A DNA stretch of 64,000 nucleotides from assembly GCF_036321535.1 (NCBI RefSeq), contig NC_087437.1, positions 118,670,001 through 118,734,000 of the forward strand, given 5' to 3'. The position numbers and the translations under genes are program-made. Below, piece by piece: positions 39,481 through 52,714 of the stretch (positions are counted from its first letter, which is position 1; each line of letters starts with the position of its first letter). Origin of the DNA: Camelus dromedarius (taxonomy: Eukaryota). The notes under the pieces are model-generated. The model worked only from the letters and a program-made list of their open reading frames with translations, searched no databases and was not told the origin of the DNA.

Positions 39481-40840
39481 CGCAGTCTCAGGACGTCTGC
39501 CAAGTCAGGAAACAGGACACACCTACTTTCAGTCTGTTTGTTACATTTTCAAATACTACGCTTAGTGTGTTTTTGGGGTAAATGGGGTAAATTACCCCAT
39601 TCTTGCGTTCAACAGCGCCGATGGAGGGGCTGCGTGTGCTGCACACCAACTTGGTGCTGGAGGTACAGTGAAAATAGAACCTGGGAGATACTGGAGAGTG
39701 ATGAGGGCTGAGAAAAAAGAAAAGAAAACAGGGTGATGCGGGCAGTGCGGGCTGGGTGGGAGCCACGAGGTTAGTGGTGGGGGTCGGGGTCTGGGGCAGG
39801 TGAGGAGGTCGAGGACGCGGAGGGCTGAGGAAGCACAATGTTGGGGTGCACACACCTGAGGAACTGTGTCGTCCTGGGCACCAGGGCTGGGTGGGTGTCC
39901 GCCTCCCCGTGGCCACCAGGAAGCTCAGCCCCCACCCAGCTCGGCCCCTGCAGAACTCGCTGGCCGTCACAGCCCATGTCTGCGTCCGATTCCCTCCAGC
40001 TGGGCCTTCCAGCCCCTCTCTAGCCGTGCGTCTAGTTAATCAGAAAATCACAGCGATCCACAGAACAAGCACGTCCCGTCCAACTGGAAAAGCGAGCTCA
40101 CTTTCTGATTTTTTTCTTTCCTGGAGACTCAGGATTTCAGTTTGAATGCAGTACGGGACAGCCGGCTCTGCAGGTGACGACGGGCAGCCACACCTGCGGT
40201 GCGGGGAGACAGTGGGGGATGGCAGCGCGGCACCCAGCAGCGGGAGATGTCGGGGAGCCCAGGGCCAGCCGGGCGCCTCAGCCAGGTGCCCAGCCCTCCC
40301 CAGATGCTGACCCCCATGAAATGGGGGTGCCGCGCGCAACATCTGCCGGGCCTGCCAGCACTGACGTAGCAGCCCAGGAAGAAAAGCTCAGAGCCTCAGG
40401 CTCGGGGGAGAGGAGGGGGGGGGCCAGGCATGGCCAGGGTGGCGGTCACCGTGTGTGTGTGTTTCAGGCTGTGTAAATGCGGGAGCCAAACAGGTGCTCC
40501 ACGTGCTACCTCTTTGGTCCACAGCGCTCTTAGGCCCAGGGAATCTTTCTCAATTGGAATAGCAGCCACTGTGCACTGCAGTCCAAGGGTCTCGGCATGG
40601 CGATCAGCCAGGGAGCGATGCCCAGCTCTTGTGAAATCCTGACGCCTGGTCAACATCCCCTCCCATTTGTACGTTTGCTCTTTTAAGACAACTTCCCGTC
40701 TTCCAGTTTTTTCCCCACTACTGCTCGGAGACTTGCTGGTGTGAAGTCCTGGGACAGAACAGCTGCCATGTGTGCTCAAGCAAGGGGTCCATCTAACAGA
40801 TCCCGCGTGACGCTAACTCTCGTCCTCTTGTTCGTTACAG

Positions 40841-40964
40841 CGCCAGCACCGAAAAGGCAAAAATGTGACCACTGGACCCCGTGCCCCACAAACAGCTATG
40901 CCTACCGGTTGCTCAGCGGGGGTGGCAGGGACAAGTATGCCAAGATCTGCTTTGAGGATGAGAT
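40841..40964 (+). CDS. FAM3B: FAM3B exon 3
   Basis: ttacag| and |gtaagt; 124 nt; encodes [41 protein letters not shown] with three conserved Cys. Confidence 0.97.
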
Positions 40965-41204
40965 GTAAGTACCAGCGCGGGGAAGGGAAGCCTAGCTCAC
41001 CCACCTGCTCTTCCTTCTCTGAGGCCGACCGCGCAGCGAGTCTGCCCCCGGGAGAGACAGGCACGTCCTTGACCTCAGGCGGAGACCGGGGGCATCCAAG
41101 GGGACCTGAGAATGCCCACCCTGCCTGTCGGGGCTGGGAGGGGCGAGGGTCGGGGACACAGATTATCTCCTGTAGTTCTGTGTCCCCCATGGAACTTTCA
41201 TTTG

Positions 41205-41648
41205 GCAGCAGTTAGAACAAACCTCAGGATGTATTTTGTACTTTCTCCCTTCAAAGTCATGGAAACACCAAAGTCCAGCGGACACAGCTGACCCCCAGCT
41301 TGGTTTGGACCTCCACCCTCACGACTTAGAGCAGGTGCTGTCTCTCCGTGCAGCGCATGCCTCCTGCATTCTTTCTGAGGCTGCGAAGGAGAGTCTGGTC
41401 CGGGCCCCTCTCCTTGGCTCCTAGGCGCCATCCTCAACCTGTCTCTTTACCTCGCCTCCCTGCTGTGTGTGTGTCTGGGAGCAAATTTCCCCCTGTAAAA
41501 AGAACACCAGTGGTGTTGCATTAGGGTCACCGTTTTAAAAAAGCCTCATTTTAACTAAATCATCTCTTCTAAGGTCATACTCTGAGGTTCTAGGGGTAAG
41601 AACTGCCGACATTTGAATTTTGAGGGAACACAGGGCAATCCGTGCCAC
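41205..41648 (-). mobile_element. MaLR MLT1-like LTR
   Basis: aaggtcatactctgaggttctaggggtaagaact..tgaattttgaggg. Confidence 0.7.
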
Positions 41649-42164
41649 CGAGCTGAAGGACGTTTCGGAGACTGAGTTAGTTCCTACAAATGAGGGGCAG
41701 TGCGGGCCGTTCCTGGCCCTGAGTGGGAAGTCCTTCCCAACTCTCCCACCGTTTTCCCCCCAACCTGGCACAGCTCCCTTTGCTGGCTGGCTGGTCGCTG
41801 CCCACAGCGCTTGGCGCCTTCTGCACTTCCCTCCCTGCATCTTCCAGTCCTTCCATCTCTGCACTTACCTTGTCCTCCCGAGGAGCAGGGAGCACACCCA
41901 GAGAGCATGTTGTAACCAGCTTCCTACACCTTCCCTGGTCTCGGCATAGCCCTCAGTCAGCATCTGGAAATTGGGTGGAAATAATAGCCTCTCCTGTCCG
42001 CGGGTCCATCACTCCTCCAAGGCCCACTTCACTCCTCGGGGGAGCTCACTGATACACCTTCCTCCACTGATGATCTGCCGAGTGTGAGGCTCTCACCGGA
42101 GGGACCCTGGCATTGAACCCATGGCTCCGGCCCTCGAGGGGCTGACATCAGTTCAGGGCTCTCC

Positions 42165-42370
42165 ACCTCAGCACTGAACACTCTGGGCTGCTGATTCTGT
42201 GTGGTGGGGGCCGCCCTGGACACTGCAGGGTTGGCAGCATCCCTGGCCTCCACCCACTATATGCCATAGAACACCCCCCCAGCTGTGACAACCATACGCG
42301 TCTCCAGACATTGTCATGTGTCCCCTGGGTGGCAAAATCCTCCCCTCCCCCTGCCTATTAAGAACCACTG
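42165..42370. mobile_element. hAT MER20-like element
   Basis: cagcatccctggcctccacccact..gtctccagacattgtcatgtgtcccctggg..aagaaccactg. Confidence 0.8.
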
Positions 42371-42744
42371 GGATAGTTGGTGAGAACACAGGTTTTGCAA
42401 ATGTCCGTAGTAAATGGATTATGAGAACCGTGGGCGGCTGTGGAATTTCAGAAGTGATGCCCTGTTGAATGGGATTGTTAATGAAGTCCACGGAGGAGGC
42501 AAGGTGAGGGCTGGACTTGAAAACTGAACAGGATCCCATGGTGAGGAAGAGGAAGGAAGATCCGGGAGGTGGTAGGGACAATGGGACGAGGTTGCTCATC
42601 CAGAATCACGCTGAAAGAAGGGGGTTGCTCAGACTCAGCTCCCAGAGCCCGGGACGTGCACTGCGGCATGGGGCATGCAGCCTTCTGCTGACCATGGTGT
42701 GGGAACAAAAGCATCCTACTTACCTGGTCCAAACTAACTCACAC

Positions 42745-42880
42745 ATTAAGTTCATGTGACTCCCTCTGAGGTAGGTACCGCCATCCCCATGATGCAGACA
42801 AGGAAGCGGAGTCACACAGAGGTTCAGTAACTTGCCCCTCATCACACAGCTATTAGTGGCACAACCGGGATTCCACCCTG
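42745..42880 (-). mobile_element. MIR SINE fragment
   Basis: gaggtaggtac..catccccat..cagacaaggaa..cagaggttcagtaacttgccc..cacacagct. Confidence 0.7.
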
Positions 42881-44584
42881 GTGTACATGGGGTATGCTGT
42901 GTAGACCAACTTAGCTGTTCCTTTAGACTGCTGGTCTACCAACTCACTATTGCTGTGAACATGTGGTACCCAAGGGCAGTTTGCCTGCTCCAGACAGTAT
43001 TCTAGTTGTTTTTCAGAATACAGTGCAAGATAAAACAGGATAATCACAGATAAAAGCAAGTTAAAGGAACAGAAGAATAAGCATGGCCCACTGCCTGAAA
43101 GAGACGCTTGTGCTGGTTTAGCACCGTGTTTCCTTGTAAGCAACTCGTGGAACAGAAAGTATGTGTTTTAGAGATTGCATTGTTGTATAAAGAAAACAGA
43201 CAGGCTTCCACAGAAAGACAAGCAGCTTTCCGCCATTGGTTTCATTCCTGCAACCAGCACAAACTGGGTGCCTGCAGACGTCACTGCCCCAGCGACAGCC
43301 ACCTCCAGCTGTCAGCAGTCTCCCTACTCACTCACTTCCACATCCCTGAACAGCCTCTTGGTTTTCCCGTTTTGGGCATCACCTATTGCGTTGCCCCTCG
43401 GGAAGTGAGCTCTCTTCCACTGTCGCACAGTTCCTGTCCCCCTTCCTTACCATCGTCCTGCTTGAGTTACACCATCACTGTGGTTTGAGCAAAATTCAGC
43501 ATGTACGTGATTATGCCTGTGGAAATAAAATTCAGACAGCTTTACCTGAGAGGGGTATTTTAGTGAGTGAGAACCCAGCTGTTGGTGAGCAAGGAGACTT
43601 CCAACGGGAACGCGGTCAGGAAGCCTGGCTCTCAGTGGTCACAGCTCAGCTTGTAAAGCGTGGATGAGCAAGTGCTTTGTCATTAGAAACTTCTGTGCCG
43701 TCCGCTGCGTGAGCTGAGTGCTCATGACTGCAGGGTCATGCGGACACGAAGAAAGCTGAAGTCGTGTTTAAGGTCAGAGTCAGCGTTTTGAGGATGTTGG
43801 GACAGTTTTAAGTTCTGGTTATGAGACTCTGAATGTTCTTCTGAGGGTATATTTAAACTGTGGCCTCCAGTTTGTATTTTTTCCTAACAGGAGTGAACCG
43901 CGGTTCTTCACGACTGAAGTATGTTGTGTACAATAATTACATTTTGTTTGTTTGTTGTTGACTTGCTTGGTTTCCCATGAACTTCCATCAGCTTAACCCC
44001 TAAACCTTCCTTGAGTTAAAATAAATCTTCTCTTCCATCAGACGTTTACCAACTTCATCTTCTGCCAGCCACGTTGCCCCAAAGCCACCATGCAGCTGTC
44101 ACCTCACATCCTTCTCCACAGCATCCTGGGGTGACTTTTGTCTCCCCCTCTGGAGTTGGAGCCCCTGTTTCCCAGATACAGGATCTTACGCTTTCTGAGA
44201 CTTCCCCCTTGTTTTGCTGGAGCACATTTCCCAGTAACATCCTAAGAAACGGTACTGGGAGAGATAAAATGTTTAAAGATTTTTCTCGTTTATTAAAATT
44301 GATTCATTCTCCCCTCACAATTAACTGATAGTTTGGCTGAGGATAGATTTCTCATTTAGCAATTTCCACTTGGAATTTTGAAGTCCTTGCCTGCAATGAA
44401 ATGACTCTCCCTCCCGCAATGTTTGAGGGTGGTAACCTTGAGAATGCATGTGTCAGGTTTCTAGACGCAGGAAGTTCACTGACCAAGAGTTCCAGCTGCT
44501 GTATTCTGAAATCTGAAACCCATACCATGTTTGCTGGAGGCCTGGCTTCCCCTGGGCTGCTCCCAGCCGGTGACTGAGAATGGT

Positions 44585-45175
44585 TAAAGAAAAAAATAGT
44601 TGTGACACTTCCTGAAAATAGTAAGACAGACTTGATTCAAGGAGGAGTATGTGTGGGGGTGGGGGGTGGCAGTAAGTGTAGGGACCACTGCCATGGGGTC
44701 TTGAGGTGGAGAGAGGTTGGATTCAACTCCAGATACATCACGGGCAAGAATTTATAGTCAAGGAGCAGGGTGAGGTCAGTGGATGGAAAATTGCCAAGAG
44801 GAAGCATCAGGGCTAAGAGGGATTCTCGCTAAACCGGCTGACAGGATTCTTGGTGAAGCCGGGCCAGTGTGATCAGACACCACCTGGATGGGTAGGGGGT
44901 GGATGGGTGGAGGATGAGGAAATGGATTAAACATGGAGGGTGATCAGATATCAAAGGTGGGGGGGGCGTGGTTCTGGTTGAACTGACTCAGCAGAATCCT
45001 TGCTAAAGCTGGACAGTGCGGAGATGAACACGGACATCCAGCAGTCAGGCCGCTGGCTCTGACCTTAAACACAACTTCAGCTTTCTTCACGTCTGCACGA
45101 CCCTGCAGATATGAGCAAGTCAAAGAGCTCAGGGGGAGCCTGAGTAGAGTTTGGTCAAGGAGAGAATCCTTGTCA
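44585..45175 (-). mobile_element. MER31-like ERV1 LTR
   Basis: Minus-strand start tgacaaggattctctccttgaccaaactctactcaggctcc. Confidence 0.7.
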
Positions 45176-45604
45176 GAGCCTAGAGGCACCCGGCAGCCCC
45201 ATTCCTGGGGCTGAAGTCTCAGCTGAAGGCCAGTTTGGGCTCCAGGAGGCCCAGGGGCCTTGCCGAGCGCCCCGAGCCTGCTCCGCTGCCTCGGGCACGT
45301 GCACCCCGGCTTTTTCCTTCCCTTCCCCCTCGTCATGGTCTGACAACTCTCCCTGCTCAACCCAGCCCCCGTCATCGTCTTGTAGGTGTTTCCCCTAATA
45401 CAGATTCTCATGCGCTTCATCCTGTGTGGGTGTCTGCTTGTCAGAGGCCTCAGATTAACACGAGAATGACTCTCCCACGGCATGATGACTAATATTTGGA
45501 TTTTTGCCACTCCGGGAGAAGAAAGTTAGTCTCGGATTTGTTTTTTACTCTTCTGGCTCCTGCTGAGTGAATCTAGGATCTCTTCATGCTAAGGAAGGTG
45601 ATCT

Positions 45605-45810
45605 TGTCGGCCCTCCTTTTCCCCGGGTTCCACATCCGTGGATTCAGCCAACCGCGGATCCTGTACTGTGTTTATGGTCTGTGGTTGGTTGACTGCACGG
45701 CTGCAGCTCTCACAGATGTGGGGGCCGACTCTGGGACTGGAGCATCCGTGGAGCTGGGTATCCGCGGCAGGTCCAGAAACCAGTCTCCCGCAGGGACTGA
45801 AGAATGACTA
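45605..45810. mobile_element. Tigger/MER2-like short element
   Basis: gtcggccctc..catccgtggattcagccaaccgcggat..gagcatccgtgga..ggtatccgcgg. Confidence 0.65.
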
Positions 45811-45914
45811 TATTTATTTTCTGTGATCTGTTTATATCTCTTGCCCATCTTTTTTTTCTGTCATTGGCCTTTTTAAAAAATTGATTTATAAGATATTTTT
45901 TTAATTTGTGCTTG

Positions 45915-46030
45915 TCTTTTTTTATATATATTTTTATTGAATTATAGTCAGTTCACAATGTTGTGTCAATTTCTGGTGTGCAGCACAATGCTTCAGTCAT
46001 ATATGAGCATACATATATTCATTTTTCATT
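45915..46030 (-). mobile_element. L1 3' end fragment
   Basis: acaatgttgtgtcaatttctggtgtgcagcacaatgcttcagtcat; same family as the 3612 copy. Confidence 0.8.
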
Positions 46031-46399
46031 TTCTCTTTAAATTGATTTATAAGAGTCTTTAAATATTAAGGTAGTTAGCCCTTTTGTGTTGTAAAAATGT
46101 TCTCCACATTTTGTTTTTTCATTCTTTAGATGGCATTTTTAAATATGCTTATGTCTTAGTTAATATAAGACCTTTAACAAAGCAAAGAAAATACACACCA
46201 TGGAGTGAAAGCAAAAATTAAAAAATGTAAAAAGCAACAAAACCAGAAAGCAACCCAAGTGTGAAGGTATCACCAGGGACAAATCTATCTCATGTATTAG
46301 TAGGTGTCCTGTGAACCACCAAGAAGATAATCCTTAGATTAGATCACAGCACACTAACCCCAAATTATGCTGTATATTAAAAAATGCATACAGACAAGA

Positions 46400-48020
46400 G
46401 CACTGAGCATTGAGGTAATGGGACAAACCACCGCCCTGCAAACTGGAGAGACAAGCAGATTCAGAGACTCACAGCTTTCCTGGAGCAGCAAGCTCAGTTG
46501 GACCCAGCATCGGGCAGGAACCCCTAACGGGTAGTTGACTGCTTGCTGGAGACTGAACTTGGACGAGCTGGAGAGATTCACTTCTGGAGGCCAAGCCTTA
46601 GAGGAGCCCCATGCTTCTCTGAGTTTTTCCTCCAGGAGCCCTACCAGGCTTTCAGAGTAAAGAGGAAAGAAACATCCCCTCCTGCTTCTGGCAGTGGGAA
46701 TGGAAAAGTAGACATTTTGAAATATGCCCACATGTCCTGTTCTCCTTAACCATGGGCTGCCTTTAAGGGAAACCGTTTTACCAGAGTCAAACCCATGTAG
46801 ATTTCACCAAAGACTAACCAACCTGGGGGAGGGAGATCCTCAACTCCGGGCACCTCTGACCTTCCTGCTTCACCTAAAGAGTGAAGTTAAAAATAAAACC
46901 AGTTGTGAAGCCCACAGCCCAGGGGCAAAGGATCACTAAAGGACTGAGACCCAATCACAGGGCTATAGAATACTGCCTCACCCCCACATCTCACCACCTC
47001 CTAAATAGGGCTCTTGTAACATAACAAGGGATTGCAGCTGAAAATAACTGAAATGCTCAAGCCCAGTGTAAAAGAGTCTATAGGGGTACCCACGACAGAG
47101 GGGAGAAGTGTTAGCTCTGACACCTACAGCAGCAGTAAACCCAGCCGCACTCCTAGCCAGATGAACATAGTTCATGCGAAATACCTGTGCGCCTTGGCTG
47201 CCTTTACAGAGTACACTGCATCTGGCTTCCAACAACAAGTAACAAAGGTTCTAAAAGTAAAACAAACAAACAAATAAAAAAAACCACACACAGTTTGAAG
47301 AGGCAGGGCATGCATCAGAAACTGACTCAAATATGGCAGAGATTTTTGAATTAGCATCCCTGGAATTTAAAACAACTATGATTAATATGCTAAGGGCTGT
47401 AATAGAAAAAGTGGACAAAATACAAGGACAAATGGGTGATGTAAGCAGAGAGATAGAAACCCTAAGACATAATCAAAAGGAAACGGTAGGAATTACAAAC
47501 CCTATGACAGAAATGAAGAACTCCTGTGCTGCAGGCTAGACACAACCAAGGAAGGGATCCATGAGCTTGAGGATATGTCAGTAAAAATTCCCAAATGAAA
47601 AGAAGAGGAAGAAAAAAAAAAGGATTTAAAAAAGCCCTGAAAAAACCCCCAGAATATCCAAGAACTGTAAGATGACTACAGCAGGTGTAATGTGTAACAG
47701 GAGTACCAGAAGGAAGAGAGAAAGGAACAGAAATATTGTAAGTAATATTGCTGAGAATTTTTCAGAATTATTGACAGAAACCAAACCACCAATGCAGGAA
47801 GCTGAGAGAACACCAAGCAGGATAAACAGCCCAAAATGCACTCCTAAGTAAATCGTATCCAAACCAGACAAGATTAAAGACAAAGGGAAAATCTTGAAAG
47901 AAGTGGGCAGAGGGGAGGACTTTCCCTTAAAGGAACAAGGGTGAGAAATATTTTGGGCTTTTCTTCAAAAGCCACGCGAGCAGCATAGAGCGGGGCGAAG
48001 TATTTAGCGTTGAAAGCAGA
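46400..48020 (+). mobile_element. Old L1 5' region / ORF1 remnant
   Basis: FKTTMINMLRA..MGDVSREIETLR..MTEMKNS coiled-coil ORF1-like peptide; gaagctgagagaacaccaagcaggataaa. Confidence 0.8.
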
Positions 48021-48024
48021 GCGG

Positions 48025-49460
48025 CTGCACCCTTTTCCACCCGCATCAGTGTGTGAGAGCTTCAGTTTATCTGCCACTCTGTTCACCGGTGCTTGGTGTG
48101 GTCGGTCTTCCTAATTCTGGACATTCTAATAGGTGTGCAGTGGTATCTGCCTGCGGTTTTAATTTGCGTTCCCTCATGACTAACGGTGCTGAGCCTGTTT
48201 CCATGTGTTTATTTGCTGGATGTGTATCTCATTTTGTGGAGTGCCTGTTCAAATCTGTCCCTTTTTTACTGGGTTGTTTTCTTATTATTAATTGTGAGGT
48301 TTCTTCACATATTTTGTATTCAAGTTCTTTCTTAATTATATGATTTGCATATAACTTCTCCCAGCTTGTGGCACATGTTCTTTGTTGGGGGACACGGCAG
48401 GCCAGTGTCGCGGGTGGTAAAAGGATTTATGAAAGACAAAGAAAAGTTTGAGAAATAAAGGAAAAGTTTCATAGATAGGCTGCTAAAAGCAACAGCGGGC
48501 CGCACAGATGAGAGGTACCCAGGTAAGCGCCGAGGGCGGACGTGCAGGGTCTTTTATTAGGGACAGGGCTGTGTACACAAGGGGTGGGGAGCTGCGTGCT
48601 CAGCCCGTGCACAGGGACCTGACTGGCTGTGAGCAGGTAAGACTTGTCAGGGGCTCTTCTCAGTACTGGGATTCATGACTCTGGTAAGGACAGGATGAGG
48701 CCTGTCTGCCCGGGTTGTTGTGAGACTAGCCATTTCCAGGGAGGTTAGTTCTGCCAGGGCAAATACATGCCAAGGAAAACTGCTCTTTATCAAGAATGTG
48801 GGCATGAGGAGGGTCCGGGAGCTGGGGCTTGGGGTTTTATGGACTTCAAAGAGCGCCACCCCACATCTCCTTCTCTTAACGGTGTTTCTCAAGAAGCAGA
48901 AATTCTTAATTTTAATGAAATCCAATTTATCAGGTTTTTTTCTTTAATGAAGCATATGTTTTGTGTCATATCTAAGAGCTTTTTGTCTAACCCACCGTCA
49001 CAAAAAATTTCTCCAAAACTCTGCCAAGTCTCTTCCAAACTTCTGGACTTTTTATAGTTTTAGGTTTTTCATTTTATATAATACAATATATCCATTTTAA
49101 TTAAGCTGATTTTTGCAAATGGTATAAAATATGGATTGTAGTCATTTAAAAAACATGGCTAGAGAGTTGTTCCAGCACATTTGGTCATAATACTGTCTTT
49201 TTCTCCTGAATTCTCTTTGTACCACTGGGGAAAATCAAGTGACCATACATGTGTGTACCTAATTCTGGTCTCTCCATCTCTCCTATCTTTCTGTTTGTCT
49301 GTCTTGTCGCTACATGCAGTTAACTTCCTGATAACTCCGGCTTTACAGTACATCTTAAAGTTCGATAACACAATTTCTTCAAATTTGTTCTTTTTTTCAA
49401 AATTATTTTTACTACTCTAGAGTATTTCTATTTGCGTGTGAATTTTAGAATCAGTTTATA
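48025..49460 (-). mobile_element. L1 ORF2 C-terminal remnant, antisense
   Basis: Minus-strand DFIKIKNFC and LSNFKMYCKA peptides. Confidence 0.85.
48383..48865 (-). mobile_element. Solo LTR (ERVK/beta-like termini) inserted in L1
   Basis: Minus-strand tgtgggg start and ccccaaca end, with AATAAA on the minus strand; TSD imperfect. Confidence 0.7.
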
Positions 49461-50442
49461 AATGTCTGCACAACAGCTTCGCTGATTCTGAAACTTGACA
49501 GAGGATGCGTGCACACAGATCGAGGCGCACACACGCAAAGTTCCCGAGATCCTCAGTGACAGTTCGCACTTCCAGGAAGGTGGCTTTTCTTTCCTGGTTT
49601 TAGGGCACAATCCCCTGGAAACTGATGTTTCATCTTCTCCAGTTTAAAAGTAAACATTAAGTGAAGCAGTATAGGGGATTTATGGAAGGAGATGGATGGG
49701 GTTGCACTTTGTGGTTGGAGGAAGGATCTCCACGAGTCAGCAGAACCTCGTGCAGAGCACCGGTGGGGAGAGGACACATAGAAGCTGACACCGGAGTTGG
49801 ATCACATCCCACCTCTTGTGGCTCGTTTTTTCCCAGTCGGCCAGGCTGAATGTGTCAGTCATATTTGTCACCCCCACCTCCTATGTCTCTCCCATCCCAT
49901 CCATGGTCAAAGCCCAGCAATTACATACCTTCAACATCTCTTTCCTCTGCCCTCTTCTCTCCCCACTCCTAATGTCCTTGTTCACAGTCTAATAAGCTTT
50001 TGTCAGACTGTTAAAGCAACCATGTGGGGGGGTGTGTGGGTGTGTGTGGGTGCGTGCACACACGCGCCTCCTGGCTTCCTCACTCCTGACCCAGGCTGCT
50101 TCTTGTTTACTCCATATTTACAAGATGGGAAAATGAAGGTCCACCCATGAGGTTGCTGAGGATTCAGTGAAAGAATGTCTGCCAAGAGCCTGTGCTAAAC
50201 CAATCGGTGTTTCCTCCCCTGGGCCATTTGTATGCCTTAGAAGACTAAATGCAGTTCCCAGGTTCCCGAAGCGACTGGGTCGGTAGAGACTTGGGGATGG
50301 ATGTGTGTGGGGCAAGTGTGAGGGTGGCTTTCAAGGGAGCTGGTCAAGGCCATTTTATATCTACGAGGAAACGGGAGCCGGGAGGGCCTCTCACTGCTTG
50401 ATAAGAAAGGAGCTCTTTGACTAATGCTTATTTACCTTTCAG

Positions 50443-50501
50443 GCTCATAGGAGAAAAGACTGCAAATGTTGCAAGAGGAATATACATTGCTATTGTCAAC
50501 T
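50443..50501 (+). CDS. FAM3B: FAM3B exon 4
   Basis: tttcag| and |gtaagt; 59 nt; encodes (M)LIGEKTANVARGIYIAIVN. Confidence 0.96.
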
Positions 50502-51111
50502 GTAAGTTACTCAGTGTTTTCTTTAAAACTTCTTTAAAGCTCTGGGATTGGCTATTCAAATGTACCTTGGGTTTTGGGTTTTTTTTCAATGATTTTTGCA
50601 CACAACCTAGCCTAGATTTCTATTTTAATGCATTTTAAAAGTATAGATTTAACTGTTTTTATAATGCCTCACTTTACAGATTACTTGTGGTTCCTACAAA
50701 AAAAAAAAAAAACCCTGAAATCTAATATAAACTGATTTTTAAAAGAACAAAGAAGGACCTGCAGAAGTCAGGGCTAGAACCAGACCAGCAGACCTGGGCG
50801 CACAGACACCCTGGCCTTGGGCCTCGTGTTTGCTCTGACTCCTGATGGCCCAGCAGAGGGTGACACCACCAGCCAGTTCCTACCTTTGTCTGATAAAAGG
50901 TGACAACTAGGGCCTCTGCTGGAAAAAACACCTGTCACCACTGGGGCCCCGACAGTAAGAACTGTAGCAGATTTGGGAAAAGGACTTCCCGTGGTGTCTG
51001 CCCCTGTGAACAAGCTGACACATAGTCCAGTGACAGCGGGGCTGCAGGAACCCAGGAAAAACGTGCCCGATCCAATAATCCGGCAGGAAAAGCTACAGTG
51101 CAAGGTGGAAC

Positions 51112-51175
51112 GGACTGAGCGGGGTCTCTGGTGTTTGTGGGAAGGACTGAGAGGGGTCTCTGGTGTTTGTGGGAA
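51112..51175. repeat. 32-bp tandem duplication
   Basis: ggactgag(c/a)ggggtctctggtgtttgtgggaa twice, one mismatch. Confidence 0.95.
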
Positions 51176-51458
51176 GAGGCAGTTGTGCCGGGAAGGAGCG
51201 TGAGACCCAGTGTGTCTGGAGGCAGATGGGAGGGATTCTCTGTGCAGCTGGCGAGCGCTGCCTTCCTGACCCGCACCACCACCTCATCGGGGACCCCTCT
51301 CCAGGGAAGGCGGTCCCCTCCTTCAGGCCGGGTCCCCAAGGCAGGCATGCTTCCTGGAAAGAAACAGAAAGGACAAGCTACTCTCAGAACTGCAGTGCCA
51401 CAGATGTGCCCTGAGCCCCCACGAACCTTCTTTTGAAAACTGTTTCTTTTATTTTCAG

Positions 51459-51509
51459 ATATGACTGGGAAAGTGATAGCAACACAGCTTTTTGATATGT
51501 ACGAAGGCG
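51459..51509 (+). CDS. FAM3B: FAM3B exon 5
   Basis: ttttcag| and |gtaagg; 51 nt; encodes YMTGKVIATQLFDMYEG. Confidence 0.96.
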
Positions 51510-52626
51510 GTAAGGAATCTCTTCCTGTTAAAATTAAAAATGAATTACAAACATAAGACTAAAAAAACGCAAACAAAAATGTCAAACAATCTTATTTTGT
51601 CTACTCAAAAAATTGCCAGAAGCTCACGTGAGTATGCTAGAATGGGCTTACGTAAATTCTCCTAGTCTCTATGTGAGTTCGTATACTAAACTTTGAAGGC
51701 ATTATCTAGAAAATGTCTTTTCTCTGATCAGACTCGTCCTGGAGCTTTTCCTTCTGCTTCTTCATCACCTAGTGGAAAAGAGAAAACATCTCTCTTTTTT
51801 TGGTAAATCGAACATATGTGAAATAACGCCATCAGCATCCAGCCCCGAATAGCATCGTAGTTGCTGTCGTGTTCCCGGCGCTGCTCTGCGGTGCTCACGT
51901 CCCTGGAGCCCATGGAGCCCAGCCTCCTCCAGGGGTCCCTCCTTTCTGGGCTCTGGGCCTTGACTGCAGTTAGTTGTCCATAGGGATATACCAGCCCATT
52001 TTACTTGTACTTAATGCTGAGAATGATAAGTCTTTATAAAGACAGTGGAGAGGAGCAGTAAAAAGTGCCTGGATGCCCTGGACAGGAGCAGTGCAGTTTC
52101 ACGCTGCAGTTAACTTAACCATTGCTGTAAGTAGCAAGCCCCAGTGCTGAATAATGGGCTTTGAGCTGTGTCTTTCTTTCCTTCCTGTAAGAAATAGAGA
52201 GGTCTCTTAGGAAAGACATGCCCAGCCCCGTCTGGTCTGTCTGTCTTGTATTTCTCGCCTTCATTCTGTATGTCAGTGTCACAGGGCTGCTCTGGGACCA
52301 GTGCTCTGGTCACACCTGGTGCCCACTTAGTGATTGCAGAGAAGAGTCCACCTGTGCTGCTGGATTGTGGCCAGTTTTAAAATTGATCGTTGGAATCTTT
52401 ATGATCTGGTTGTGCCGCTTGCCTCACACAGTCCCACTGGGGGACATGGTCTCTCTGGCCACTTACTACGAAAGCCCCGGAGCACCATTTGCGTTTCAGG
52501 GGACAGCTCTCGAATCAGAGGAGTCAGAGGGCAGGGCACAGGAGCTGAGTGCAGAGGAAGCCCACCCTCTAGGGCTGGAGTCTCAGCCGACTGAGATACT
52601 AAAACTGGTTTGCGCTGATCCGGCAG

Positions 52627-52714
52627 ATAACTCTGGACCAATGGCGAGGTTTATTCAGAGCGCCCCTTCGCAGTCCCTGCTGTTCATGGTGACCCAGGAT
52701 GAAGGCAGCAGCAG
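52627..52714 (+). CDS. FAM3B: FAM3B exon 6
   Basis: cggcag| and |gtgagc; 88 nt; encodes [29 protein letters not shown]. Confidence 0.96.
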
